Shown here: in pieces, positions 34,895-43,161 of the stretch
How positions within the stretch are numbered: the first letter of the stretch is position 1
Layout of the letters: each line of letters starts with the position of its first letter
From: Patescibacteria group bacterium
GTDB lineage: Bacteria; Patescibacteriota; Minisyncoccia; UBA6257; HR35
Reading direction: 5' to 3'
NCBI GenBank assembly: GCA_025060575.1
Contig: JANXBL010000002.1
Location: 1-53,965, forward strand
DNA length: 53,965 nucleotides
Translations under genes and position numbers: made by a program
Notes under the pieces: generated by a model
Told to the model about the DNA's origin: nothing
Seen by the model: the letters and a program-made list of their open reading frames with translations, nothing else
Database searches by the model: none

Positions 34895-36271
34895 TTAAGA
34901 TTCTATCAATTTTGATTTTATAGTTTCAATGTCTTGATTTAATTCCGGATTTTTCTTTAACTCTTCAACTATTTTTTCATACGAATATATTATGGTGGTG
35001 TGATCTTTTTTTAACATTTCCCCAATTGAGGTATACGATAATTGGGTAATTTCTCTTAAGAAGTAAATGACGCATTGTCTTGCTCGGGTAAGATGTTTTG
35101 TTCTATTTTTTTTCAAAATATCGTCCTCTTTTATTTCGTAATGTTCCGAAACCGCTTTGATAATTTTTTTCGGATTTATTTTGCGATAGTATTCTTTTGA
35201 GAATTTTTTTAACAATTCTTCAACTTTTTCTATTGTTATTTTTTGATTCATTTGGTGAAAATTAAAGATTATATTACTTAAAGCACCTTCAAGCTCTCTA
35301 ATGTTATTAGTTATTCTTTTGGCAATTAGGTCATATATTTCGTCATCTAGAAAGACATTCTTTTCTTGAGCTTTTAACTTTAAAATAGCCACTCTTGTTT
35401 CATAGTCAGGTGGTTGAATATCAATTACCAAACCTCCTTCAAACCTTGATCTTAGTCTTTCTTCAATGTCAGAAATTAACTTTGGTGGTCGGTCCGAGGA
35501 AAAAATTATTTGTTTTGACTGATTATAGAGATAGTTAAAAGTATGGAAAAGTTCTTCTTGAGAAGTATTCTTACCAGAAAGAAATTGAACATCATCAAGG
35601 ATAAGCAAGTCAACCTCTCTAAATTTTTCTCGAAAATCATTGACTGTGTGATTTCTCAAAGAGTTAATAAATTCATTGGTAAATTCCTCGGTGGTTAGAT
35701 ATTTTACTTTCAAGTTTTTAGCCACTTTTAGAGTTTCATTTCCTGATGCTTGGAGTAAGTGAGTTTTTCCTACTCCTACTGGTCCATAAATGAATAGAGG
35801 ATTATGGCTTCTACCACAAAAATTTGCCACTGATTGACAAGCAGCAAATGCCAGTTCATTACTTTGCCCAACGACAAAATTATCAAAGCGATATCGAGGA
35901 TTAAGATTAGTTTGAGGATTGACATCAAACAAGCTTAATTTTTTTTGAGAGGTGAGAATATCTATCTTTTTAGAGAAGGAGATTTTTTTAACCGATTTAG
36001 CGCTTTCTTCAGCTTCCTTAGAAGAGACGATAAGTTCAACTCCTTTTACATCAGGAACAATTTCCCTAATTGATCTGATGATTATTTGAGAAAATTTTTT
36101 ATCTAGCCAATCTTTAACAAACTTACTTGGTACTTCTACTTTCAATATTCCCTGGTTAAAATTTTTAGGCTGAAAATGAGAAAACCAGATATTAAAAATT
36201 GATGACCCGACGTTATTTTTTATATTGTTTAAAATCTGATCCCAGATGGTTTCTACTTGTTCATTAGTCAT
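34895..36271 (-). CDS. dnaA: Chromosomal replication initiator DnaA
   Basis: NPRYRFDNFVVG, GPVGVGKTHLL Walker A, LILDDVQFL, and C-terminal DNA-binding domain HTTIIYSYEKI. Confidence 0.95.
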   Translation of the reverse strand: MTNEQVETIWDQILNNIKNNVGSSIFNIWFSHFQPKNFNQGILKVEVPSKFVKDWLDKKFSQIIIRSIREIVPDVKGVELIVSSKEAEESAKSVKKISFSKKIDILTSQKKLSLFDVNPQTNLNPRYRFDNFVVGQSNELAFAACQSVANFCGRSHNPLFIYGPVGVGKTHLLQASGNETLKVAKNLKVKYLTTEEFTNEFINSLRNHTVNDFREKFREVDLLILDDVQFLSGKNTSQEELFHTFNYLYNQSKQIIFSSDRPPKLISDIEERLRSRFEGGLVIDIQPPDYETRVAILKLKAQEKNVFLDDEIYDLIAKRITNNIRELEGALSNIIFNFHQMNQKITIEKVEELLKKFSKEYYRKINPKKIIKAVSEHYEIKEDDILKKNRTKHLTRARQCVIYFLREITQLSYTSIGEMLKKDHTTIIYSYEKIVEELKKNPELNQDIETIKSKLIES

Positions 36272-36282
36272 TTTTAATAGGA

Positions 36283-36312
36283 ATTATAAGTTAAAGTATA
36301 TGATGAAGTCAA
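36283..36312 (-). promoter_or_regulatory. dnaA promoter (TTGACT, 18-nt spacer, TATAAT), -10 box 11 nt from the ATG
   Basis: The reverse strand reads TTGACTtcatcatatactttaactTATAATtcctattaaaaATG. Confidence 0.55.
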
Positions 36313-36317
36313 AAACC

Positions 36318-37289
36318 TTAATTCTTAAGTAGTGGTGGATAAATTGTGGATAATTCTAACTTAACTAAATTATCTGCTAAATTTTCTTTTCTTGGGATTA
36401 ATTTAAATTCTACTTTACCAAAGTTAGTTCTAAGATTATGAACCTTGATAAAATACGGGATTATTTCTTTTTCTACAATTTTGTAAATTCCCTCTACTTG
36501 TTTTGTGATTATTTCGCTATCACTTTTTATTACTACCTTTGTTTTAAGGCATTTTTCTTTGCCAAGAATTAACTTTATTTTTTCTAAAGCATAAATTACA
36601 GCCAGATACTCTGCCTGATTGTTTGTCTTAATTCCTACTCTCTTATGATATCTTTTTGTTTTATTAGGAAAATTTATTACTACTCCTATTGCCGCTTCAC
36701 CGGGATTGTTAAGTGATCCACCATCAGTATAAACCTCAATCTTTTCCCAGTCTTCGTCTAAAATTTTTAGAAAAACTTTGTAGCTAGCAAGAGCGTCATC
36801 ATAAGCGTGGTGTGAGTTTCCTCTTTCGATGTTTAGGAATTGACATATTTTAGTGAGAGTTTCTTTTTCTCCTAAATTTGATAAACCATATTTTGCCACT
36901 GCCAGTGAAAAAATATCGATTTTTCGGTAATCAAATGGATCATCTAGACCAATTGCATAAAATGCCTTTTCTAACCTTGACCAATCAAAATGGCTAATCC
37001 AGCCTGCCAAAATTTTATCTTTAAACTTTGGGTAGAGATATCTCAATACTTCATCTAAGGATTTGGCATTTTGCCATTTTTGTTCTTCATATCCAATTAA
37101 TTTTAACGATTCGTTGTCTGCTTTTTCTAGGTTGATTGGTTTAATTAAAAAATTAAACTCTTCTTTCAGATTCATGTTTTGATCGACAATTAAACCACCA
37201 ATTGCTAAGATATCAGCGTCTGGTCGAAGTGAACTTGTTTCAATATCTAAAAAAACTATATCGGCGTTATTGAGGTCTATCTTTCCCAT
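36318..37289 (-). CDS. Fusion protein: DEDDh (DnaQ-like) 3'-5' exonuclease domain plus RNase HI domain
   Basis: N-terminal half has VFLDIETSS (ExoI), HFDWSRL (ExoII) and HHAYDDALA (ExoIII). C-terminal half has YTDGGSLNNPGEAAIG, TNNQAEYLAVIYALE, IKSDSE and NLADNLV (RNase HI DEDD residues). Confidence 0.7.
   Translation of the reverse strand: MGKIDLNNADIVFLDIETSSLRPDADILAIGGLIVDQNMNLKEEFNFLIKPINLEKADNESLKLIGYEEQKWQNAKSLDEVLRYLYPKFKDKILAGWISHFDWSRLEKAFYAIGLDDPFDYRKIDIFSLAVAKYGLSNLGEKETLTKICQFLNIERGNSHHAYDDALASYKVFLKILDEDWEKIEVYTDGGSLNNPGEAAIGVVINFPNKTKRYHKRVGIKTNNQAEYLAVIYALEKIKLILGKEKCLKTKVVIKSDSEIITKQVEGIYKIVEKEIIPYFIKVHNLRTNFGKVEFKLIPRKENLADNLVKLELSTIYPPLLKN
36334..36353. promoter_or_regulatory. 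Two adjacent DnaA boxes (GGTGGATAA and the consensus TGTGGATAA)
   Basis: 36334-36342 is the complement of TTATCCACC and 36345-36353 is the complement of TTATCCACA. Both lie just upstream of the dnaA -35 box, inside the last codons of the upstream gene. Confidence 0.6.
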
Positions 37290-38389
37290 TTTTCATTAGC
37301 CAAGTAATTAATCATTGCCCCACCACCTGTTGAAATATTATTGAATTTATTGATTAGTTTCTTCTTTTCAAGAAATGCCAAAGTATCACCGCCACCAACA
37401 ACGATAAAATGGTTATTTAATTTATTTAATTTGATTAAGTATTTCGCCAACATAAGCGTACCCCTCGAGTAAGTTTCCTTTTCGACATAACCCAGTGGTC
37501 CATTCCAAACAATTGTCTTGGCTTTTTTGATGAGATTAAATATCATGACGAGACTTTTTCTGCCAATATCATAAATAACATCATTTTCCCCAATTTGATT
37601 AATATTTAGATAGCCCTTTCCTTTAACAATAAAGTCAAAGGGAACAAATATATTTTCTGATCTGATTTTTTTTACTTCATAAAGCATTTCTTTTTCAACC
37701 AAAGATTTTCCCATTTCAAATCCATTTGCCTTTAAAAAGGTATTAGCTAGTCCACCGCCCAGAATTATAAATCTTGCTTTTTTAATAAATTTTTTAATTA
37801 GAGGAAGTTTTGTCGATATCTTTGCGCCACCTAAGATCAAGATAAATCCTTTACTTTTTAAGACTTTGTTGAGAAGATTAATTTCTTTTTCAAAGTTTAA
37901 GCCATAAAAGGTCGGTAGTAATTTTGGTAGTAGATAGGTAGAAGTATGTCGGCGATGTGATGATGAAAAAGCTTCATGAATAAATATTTCTCCTAGTGAT
38001 GAAAGTTTCTGAGCAAACACCAGATCACATTCTTTTTCTTCAGGCCAAAATCTAAGATTTTCGAAAAGATTAAATTTTTCCTTGGGAATGGCTCTTAGAT
38101 CGTCTAGAAAATTTATTTTTATATTTAGTATTTTCTCGATTTGAGGTAGAATACTTTTAAGAGAATATTTTTTATCCCTTTTTATTGGTTCACCCCAATG
38201 ACTAACGAGCACGACTCTCTTTGATAATCTCAAAATATCAAGTGTTTCTTTGATGCTTTTAATTCTAAATTTTTCTAAAATCTTTCCCCTATCAACAACA
38301 ACATTAAAATCAACTCTTGCAATAATATTTTTATTTTTTATTTTCTCCCTATTAAATCTTAAAAGCTCAGATTTATCAAATATAATCAT
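37277..38389 (-). CDS. pgk: Phosphoglycerate kinase
   Basis: ARVDFNV, SHWGEP-type segment, FENLRFWPEE, and STGGGAMINYL at the C-terminus. Confidence 0.85.
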   Translation of the reverse strand: MIIFDKSELLRFNREKIKNKNIIARVDFNVVVDRGKILEKFRIKSIKETLDILRLSKRVVLVSHWGEPIKRDKKYSLKSILPQIEKILNIKINFLDDLRAIPKEKFNLFENLRFWPEEKECDLVFAQKLSSLGEIFIHEAFSSSHRRHTSTYLLPKLLPTFYGLNFEKEINLLNKVLKSKGFILILGGAKISTKLPLIKKFIKKARFIILGGGLANTFLKANGFEMGKSLVEKEMLYEVKKIRSENIFVPFDFIVKGKGYLNINQIGENDVIYDIGRKSLVMIFNLIKKAKTIVWNGPLGYVEKETYSRGTLMLAKYLIKLNKLNNHFIVVGGGDTLAFLEKKKLINKFNNISTGGGAMINYLANEKWER

Positions 38390-38415
38390 TTCATCATTAT
38401 TTTAACACGTAGTTT

Positions 38416-38455
38416 TGCTATAATTTGTTTAGCAATCTCAAAGGAGGTTGGCAAG
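38416..38455 (+). promoter_or_regulatory. Extended -10 promoter (TGCTATAAT) plus conserved leader TTTAGCAATCTCAAAGGAGG (copy A)
   Basis: Read directly. TATAAT at 38419-38424, strong SD AAAGGAGG, ATG at 38456. Closely similar to the leaders at 41698-41733 and 42336-42375. Confidence 0.6.
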
Positions 38456-38710
38456 ATGAAAGAATCGCCCATGGACCTTGATGAGTTAGTTTACCACATT
38501 AGCAAGACCATGACCTTAGAGAAAAAAACTTTCCGTAAAGCAGCTGAAGAAGCTGCCAACCAACTTCTTCCTCAGCATCTAGTAGGACCATTTATAGTTT
38601 TTGTAGCTAATGCCGATACTGAGGAAGATCCAGTATATTCGCTCTATCTCGCCTATGAAACTGGCGAGCTTTCTTACTCCAACCTCGAACTACTAGCAGA
38701 AAAAATGTGA
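38456..38710 (+). CDS. Small acidic hypothetical protein (84 aa), GC-elevated
   Basis: Strong SD, a terminator directly downstream, and GC of roughly 43% by eye against about 30% background. No recognisable motif. Confidence 0.55.
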   Translation: MKESPMDLDELVYHISKTMTLEKKTFRKAAEEAANQLLPQHLVGPFIVFVANADTEEDPVYSLYLAYETGELSYSNLELLAEKM

Positions 38711-38717
38711 TCCCTGG

Positions 38718-38756
38718 AAAGGCGCTTCGATAGTCTAAGAGGCGCCTTTTTTTCTT
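38718..38756. terminator. Hairpin plus T-run between convergent genes (AAAGGCGC...GCGCCTTTTTTTCTTTC)
   Basis: GGCGC at 38721-38725 pairs with GCGCC at 38742-38746 (16-nt loop), followed by TTTTTTT. It sits between the 84-aa ORF and comM. Confidence 0.45.
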
Positions 38757-40262
38757 TCATAGACTTTCTCTAATCCTATATTGCAATGCTTCTCCCAGGT
38801 GTTCAATTTTAATCTCGTCCTTTTCTTCATAGTCAGCAATGGTTCTAGCTAATTTAAGAATTTTATGTACAGCCCTAAGGGAGAGTTTGTATTTATCAAT
38901 TGCTGTTTTGAGAAAATTTTCTGTCTTATTATTCAGTTTAATATAATCTTTAATTTTATTTGCCGGAATTTGACTATTATAGTTAAAATCTTCACCCTTA
39001 TATCTCCATTTCATTTTTTCGTAAACTTTAACCAGATTCTCTCTAATATTGTTAAAATTTTTTTCGTTAGATTTAAAAATTTGCTCTGATTTTAATCTAG
39101 GAACATTAAGATAGATATCGATTCTATCCAAAATTGGGCTAGAAATTTTCTTTTGATAACGATTGATTTCAGCGAGATTGCATTTACACTCTATTTCAGG
39201 ATCACCATAATAACCACACGGACAAGGGTTATAAGCTCCGACAAATAGAAATTTTGAAGGGTACTTTATACTTTTCTTTGCCCGAGCAATAGTTATTTCT
39301 CCTGTTTCTAGTGGCTCTCTTAATCCTTCCAAAACATCCTTCCTAAATTCTGCTAATTCGTCTAAAAAGAGAACACCATGATGAGCTAGTGTTATTTCTC
39401 CTGGCTTAGCATCTTTTCCTCCTCCTAAGATAGCTATCGCCGATGAGGAATGATGAGGGGCCCTAAAGGGTGGTCTAATTATTGGTCCATGATTAAGAAT
39501 TCCTAAAGCACTATAAATTTGAGAAACTTCTAAAGAAGCATCGTATTCTAGGTCAGGCAAAAGATTGACGATATTTTGGGCGATTAAAGTTTTACCTGTA
39601 CCAGGAGGACCATAGAGTAAAAAATTATGCCTTCCCGCAGTACCAATTGAGACACCTCTTAAAATATATTCGTCGGCAATGATAAAACTTAGATCATGGT
39701 TATTTTCATTTGTAGTTAATTCTCTAATTTTTATCGGGTGATGATTTTTTCTCATTTCTATGAAATCAACAACTTCCGTGAGATGACGAAAACAAAATAC
39801 CTTTATTTCCCTAATGAAATTTACTTCGTCAATATTTTCCTCTGGAACGACAACAGCTGAAAAGTGCCCCTTTGCTTTTAAGACAATAGGTAGACAACCA
39901 TTTACTTTTTTCAATTGTCCGTCAAGACCCAACTCTCCTAAAAATAGGATATCATCAGGCAATTTCTTTAATTGACCACTGATAAAAAGAAACGAAAGGG
40001 CAATAGCTAAATCTAGATGAGAACCTTCCTTTTTAATATCTGCTGGTGCTAGGTTAACGACGAATTTGTTGTTAATTCTGTTTGGTGGCTTGGCGCCAAT
40101 ACTTAAAATTGCCAAGTTTATTCTTTCTCTAGACTCATTAATTATTTCATCAGCCAGACCTACTATTTGAAAAGATGGTAAACCGGGACTGAGAGCAGTC
40201 TCGATGTCAATTATTTCAGCTAAAAAACCGGAAAGAGTCGCTCCCTTAATTCGAGCAATCAT
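38757..40262 (-). CDS. comM: ComM/YifB-family Mg-chelatase-like AAA+ protein
   Basis: N-terminal Lon-protease-like domain, YGPPGTGKTLIAQ Walker A, VLFLDELAEF Walker B, cysteine cluster CPCGYYGDPEIECKC, and C-terminal helical domain. Confidence 0.85.
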   Translation of the reverse strand: MIARIKGATLSGFLAEIIDIETALSPGLPSFQIVGLADEIINESRERINLAILSIGAKPPNRINNKFVVNLAPADIKKEGSHLDLAIALSFLFISGQLKKLPDDILFLGELGLDGQLKKVNGCLPIVLKAKGHFSAVVVPEENIDEVNFIREIKVFCFRHLTEVVDFIEMRKNHHPIKIRELTTNENNHDLSFIIADEYILRGVSIGTAGRHNFLLYGPPGTGKTLIAQNIVNLLPDLEYDASLEVSQIYSALGILNHGPIIRPPFRAPHHSSSAIAILGGGKDAKPGEITLAHHGVLFLDELAEFRKDVLEGLREPLETGEITIARAKKSIKYPSKFLFVGAYNPCPCGYYGDPEIECKCNLAEINRYQKKISSPILDRIDIYLNVPRLKSEQIFKSNEKNFNNIRENLVKVYEKMKWRYKGEDFNYNSQIPANKIKDYIKLNNKTENFLKTAIDKYKLSLRAVHKILKLARTIADYEEKDEIKIEHLGEALQYRIRESL

Positions 40263-41254
40263 TATTTATCGCTTTCATAAATAGCATCTATTATTTTCTC
40301 TACTAACTCTCGATTAGATTTTAGATTTTCTCGCGCTGTTTGGAAGCTGGAACCTATTTTGGTTTCATTAAAGTAATAAGTGTTTCCTGTTTTTTTAATA
40401 ACTCCTAATCTTTCGCCCAGATTTAACAAGTCAGCTTCATAGGAAATACCTTCGTCATAATAAATTTCAAATTCAACTGTTTTAAACGGCGGTGCAGTCT
40501 TATTTTTTACTATTCGAGCCTTGATTCTATTGCCAATAATCTCATCACCCTTCTTAATTTGAGCCACTCTTTTAAGCTCTATCCTAACAGAGGCATAAAA
40601 TTTTAAAGCTTTACCACCGGGCGTTGTTTCTTGGCCAGGTACCATTCCTCCAATCATAGCTCTTGTTTGGTTAATGAAAATCACCACTGTCCTCGTTTTT
40701 GATACAATTCCCGTGAGCTTTCTTAAAGCTTGACTCATCATTCTTGCTTGTAAGCCAATGAATTGATCCCCTACTTCTCCCTCCAGTTCAGCTCTTGGCA
40801 CTAAAGCAGCAACCGAATCAATAATGATTAAATCAAAAAGAGAGGAACGAGTTAACTTTTCAGCAATATTTAGAGCATCTTCTCCGCTATCTGGTTGGGA
40901 AAGAACTAATTTTTCAATATTTACACCAATTCTTTTGGCATACTCAGGATCAAGGGCATGTTCAGTATCAATAAAGGCAACATTACCTCCTTCTTTTTGC
41001 GCTTGGGCAGCCACTGAGAGCGCTAAAGTTGTTTTCCCAGAAGATTCCGGACCAAAAATTTCGACAATTCTTCCTCTGGGTAAACCACCAACTCCGAGAG
41101 CGAAATCCAATGAGGGAGAACCAGTTGAAATTACTTCAACTTTTATTTTAGGAATGTTTTCCAATGTCATGATAGCTCCCTCACCAAATTCCCTTTTTAA
41201 GTCATCTAAGAGATTTCGCAAATCCTCCCCTTGCTTTTTGTTTGCTTTGCTCAT
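40262..41254 (-). CDS. recA: Recombinase RecA
   Basis: [22 protein letters not shown] Walker [12 protein letters not shown] and FINQTR motifs. Confidence 0.95.
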   Translation of the reverse strand: MSKANKKQGEDLRNLLDDLKREFGEGAIMTLENIPKIKVEVISTGSPSLDFALGVGGLPRGRIVEIFGPESSGKTTLALSVAAQAQKEGGNVAFIDTEHALDPEYAKRIGVNIEKLVLSQPDSGEDALNIAEKLTRSSLFDLIIIDSVAALVPRAELEGEVGDQFIGLQARMMSQALRKLTGIVSKTRTVVIFINQTRAMIGGMVPGQETTPGGKALKFYASVRIELKRVAQIKKGDEIIGNRIKARIVKNKTAPPFKTVEFEIYYDEGISYEADLLNLGERLGVIKKTGNTYYFNETKIGSSFQTARENLKSNRELVEKIIDAIYESDK

Positions 41255-41265
41255 CTTATTTTAGC

Positions 41266-41574
41266 TTAAATATGAATTACTTCTCTCTCGATTATTCTTT
41301 CTTGTCCCCAAAATTTTCTTTCTCTAATTATAAATCTATTAACTCCTTTTTTTAAGTAAAAAATTTTTTCAAAATATCCTTTTTCATCAAAGAGAACTGG
41401 AATTTCATTGATAAATAGATCTCCTCGCCGGTCAGCATATCCTCTAAAGATGACATAATTTTTAGAAATTACTTCCTTTTCAAATGGGGAAATGATTTTA
41501 ACTCTAGGAGGTAAAACTAAATCCAGGAAAAAGTACAGATTAAAAACAAGAATAATTATCAAAAAATGGTACAT
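41266..41574 (-). CDS. Small membrane-anchored hypothetical protein
   Basis: About 102 aa from the first ATG at 41574. N-terminal TM helix YHFLIIILVFNLYFFL. Confidence 0.4.
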   Translation of the reverse strand: MYHFLIIILVFNLYFFLDLVLPPRVKIISPFEKEVISKNYVIFRGYADRRGDLFINEIPVLFDEKGYFEKIFYLKKGVNRFIIRERKFWGQERIIEREVIHI

Positions 41575-41605
41575 CAACGTTCAGGTATTAATTAGTTTTT
41601 ATGTG

Positions 41606-41678
41606 AGCGGCGGACGGGATTCGAACCCGCGACCTTCTCCATGGCAAGGAGACGTTCTACCAACTGAACTACCGCCGC
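41606..41678 (-). tRNA. tRNA-Gly (anticodon GCC)
   Basis: GCGGCGG acceptor, GTTC/GAAC D stem, anticodon stem-loop TCTCC-TTGCCAT-GGAGA, T arm GCGGG-TTCGAAT-CCCGT, discriminator U. Confidence 0.85.
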
Positions 41679-41697
41679 ATTCCATAAAAAATTATAC

Positions 41698-41733
41698 TAT
41701 AATTTTATTTAGTAATCTAAAGGAGGTGCAAGA
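41698..41733 (+). promoter_or_regulatory. TATAAT plus conserved leader TTTAGTAATCTAAAGGAGG (copy B)
   Basis: TATAAT at 41698-41703, AAAGGAGG at 41719-41726, ATG at 41734. Near-identical to copy A over about 25 nt. Confidence 0.55.
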
Positions 41734-42294
41734 ATGAATTTTGATAAGGCTTGGGAAAGGGTAGAGCCTGGAATAAGAAAGTTTTTAAGAAGCAGGCTCT
41801 ACCCAAACGAATTAGAAGACGCCCTTCAGATCGCTAAAGTACAAGTTGCTCTTGCCTGCCATCGATGGAATCCAGAAAAAAACGTAAGTTTTTTTAATTT
41901 CTGCCTAATTCTGATTGAAAGAAGAATAGGGGAGGCTAAGAAGCTTAGATATCCTTTTAGTGTACCCGATCGTGTCTTAAGGAACCCAGCTCATCCAAAT
42001 AGATCATTTTTAAATTGGAGGAAGATAGTCTATTTGGATGAAAAAACAGAAGACGGGTTTTATGATGAGGAAAGAATTCCTTCCTCAGAAGATTCTGTTG
42101 AGTCCAGGGTTATAGATAAAACAGTTCTTGACGACATTTATAAGGCAATTGAAATCGGACTCACAGAAGATGAGAGGGAGGAATTCTTTCGGATGGTTAG
42201 CAAGGGCAACATAAGATCGAAAAGATTTCATAGCCTAGTTCGAAAAGTACGAAATGAGATGAGGAAGCTAGGCTATGAAATCGACGATAGTTAA
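41734..42294 (+). CDS. Sigma-70-family-like (ECF-sized) protein, tentative
   Basis: 186 aa. The N-terminal part ELEDALQIAKVQVALACHRWNPEKNVSFFNFCLILIERRIGEAKK resembles sigma region 2. The C-terminal GLTEDEREEFFRMV...RKVRNEMRKLG resembles region 4. GC is about 40%. Confidence 0.4.
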   Translation: MNFDKAWERVEPGIRKFLRSRLYPNELEDALQIAKVQVALACHRWNPEKNVSFFNFCLILIERRIGEAKKLRYPFSVPDRVLRNPAHPNRSFLNWRKIVYLDEKTEDGFYDEERIPSSEDSVESRVIDKTVLDDIYKAIEIGLTEDEREEFFRMVSKGNIRSKRFHSLVRKVRNEMRKLGYEIDDS

Positions 42295-42322
42295 GGTGGA
42301 AAGTTTTCCACCTTTCTTTTTT
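42293..42322 (+). terminator. Rho-independent terminator (AAGGTGGAAA-GT-TTTCCACCTT then TCTTTTTT)
   Basis: Perfect 10-nt inverted repeat that overlaps the last two bases of the stop codon, followed by a T-run. Confidence 0.7.
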
Positions 42323-42335
42323 AAATTTATTAGTA

Positions 42336-42375
42336 TATAATTCAAATAGCAATCTCTAGATAGGAGGAAAGAGAA
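42336..42375 (+). promoter_or_regulatory. TATAAT plus conserved leader ATAGCAATCTCTAGATAGGAGG (copy C)
   Basis: TATAAT at 42336-42341. TAGCAATCTC is identical to copy A. SD TAGGAGG, ATG at 42376. Confidence 0.5.
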
Positions 42376-43095
42376 ATGGAAAAGGCCATAAAAATCGGGA
42401 TGGCCATTTTGGCCATTCTTTTAGGGGCGATTCTAGGTATTGAAAGTGCCTCTCCTCAAGCGACCCCTAGGCCTAGACTTCCCGCTAGACCACCGGAAAA
42501 TCCTATACAAGCGGTAGAAGATGTCTCAGCCCCCGAATCTGATTTTTTCTTTGGCCCAGTGGTATATTACTCGCAGGAAAAACCCGAATGGGTTTTTCCT
42601 GTGCGGCCGCTGGTAATAGGCTTAGTAAAAGGTCGGGGGTGGAACACGCAGGAGATTATCATCGAAGAAGAACTGAGACGTTTCGCCAAATCTTTTACGC
42701 GAAACGTCTTGGTGATCCACGCCTCTCCCTGGGAGGCTAGGGATAAGTTCAAAAAAGAGATAGCGGTTGACCCACGGTTCAGATGGCTGTGGGTCGAAGC
42801 TAGCTTTGATTCATTTAGCCTGGCAAGTTTTTGCTGTTTTGAGCCACTTTGTTTTAATGGTAGCCAGGCCAGGCTTTGGGTTAGGGTTGAAGAAATCAAC
42901 CCTAATGATACGCAGACCTATCTATTAAAGGCTGGGTATGGCCACTACAAAGGCCATATTCACGCCTGGGGTAGAAATTTATGGTTGAGCGCAGGAGCGC
43001 CTCCAGGTGAAAATCTATTTTACTTCACTCAGAGGATGCTCCTAAGAAGTCATCTTAATTCTTTTGCAAATGAACTTAAACCAATGTTGAGATAG
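42376..43095 (+). CDS. Secreted or membrane-anchored protein of unknown family, strongly GC-elevated (about 50%)
   Basis: 239 aa. N-terminus MEKAIKIGMAILAILLGAILGIESASP, then a Pro/Arg-rich linker, then a Trp/Cys-containing domain. Two 60-nt samples counted 52% and 53% GC. Confidence 0.6.
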   Translation: MEKAIKIGMAILAILLGAILGIESASPQATPRPRLPARPPENPIQAVEDVSAPESDFFFGPVVYYSQEKPEWVFPVRPLVIGLVKGRGWNTQEIIIEEELRRFAKSFTRNVLVIHASPWEARDKFKKEIAVDPRFRWLWVEASFDSFSLASFCCFEPLCFNGSQARLWVRVEEINPNDTQTYLLKAGYGHYKGHIHAWGRNLWLSAGAPPGENLFYFTQRMLLRSHLNSFANELKPMLR

Positions 43096-43108
43096 CCATA
43101 CTCACAAC

Positions 43109-43138
43109 CCAACCGCTTCAGTACCAACCGCTTCAGTA
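43109..43138 (+). repeat. 15-bp perfect tandem repeat CCAACCGCTTCAGTA x2
   Basis: 43109-43123 and 43124-43138 are identical. The second copy forms the 5' arm of the downstream hairpin. Confidence 0.8.
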
Positions 43139-43161
43139 GATGCTGGAGCGGTTATTTGTTT
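43126..43161 (+). terminator. Hairpin AACCGCTTCAG-TAGATG-CTGGAGCGGTT followed by ATTTGTTT
   Basis: 10 of 11 stem positions pair. There is a short T-rich tail. It lies after the 239-aa ORF and before tRNA-Arg. Confidence 0.5.

Noticed and set aside
42567-42899. 110-aa minus-strand ORF inside the GC-rich 239-aa gene
   Set aside because: Long antisense ORFs are expected in locally GC-rich sequence. The plus-strand ORF has the promoter, a strong SD, a signal peptide and a terminator.
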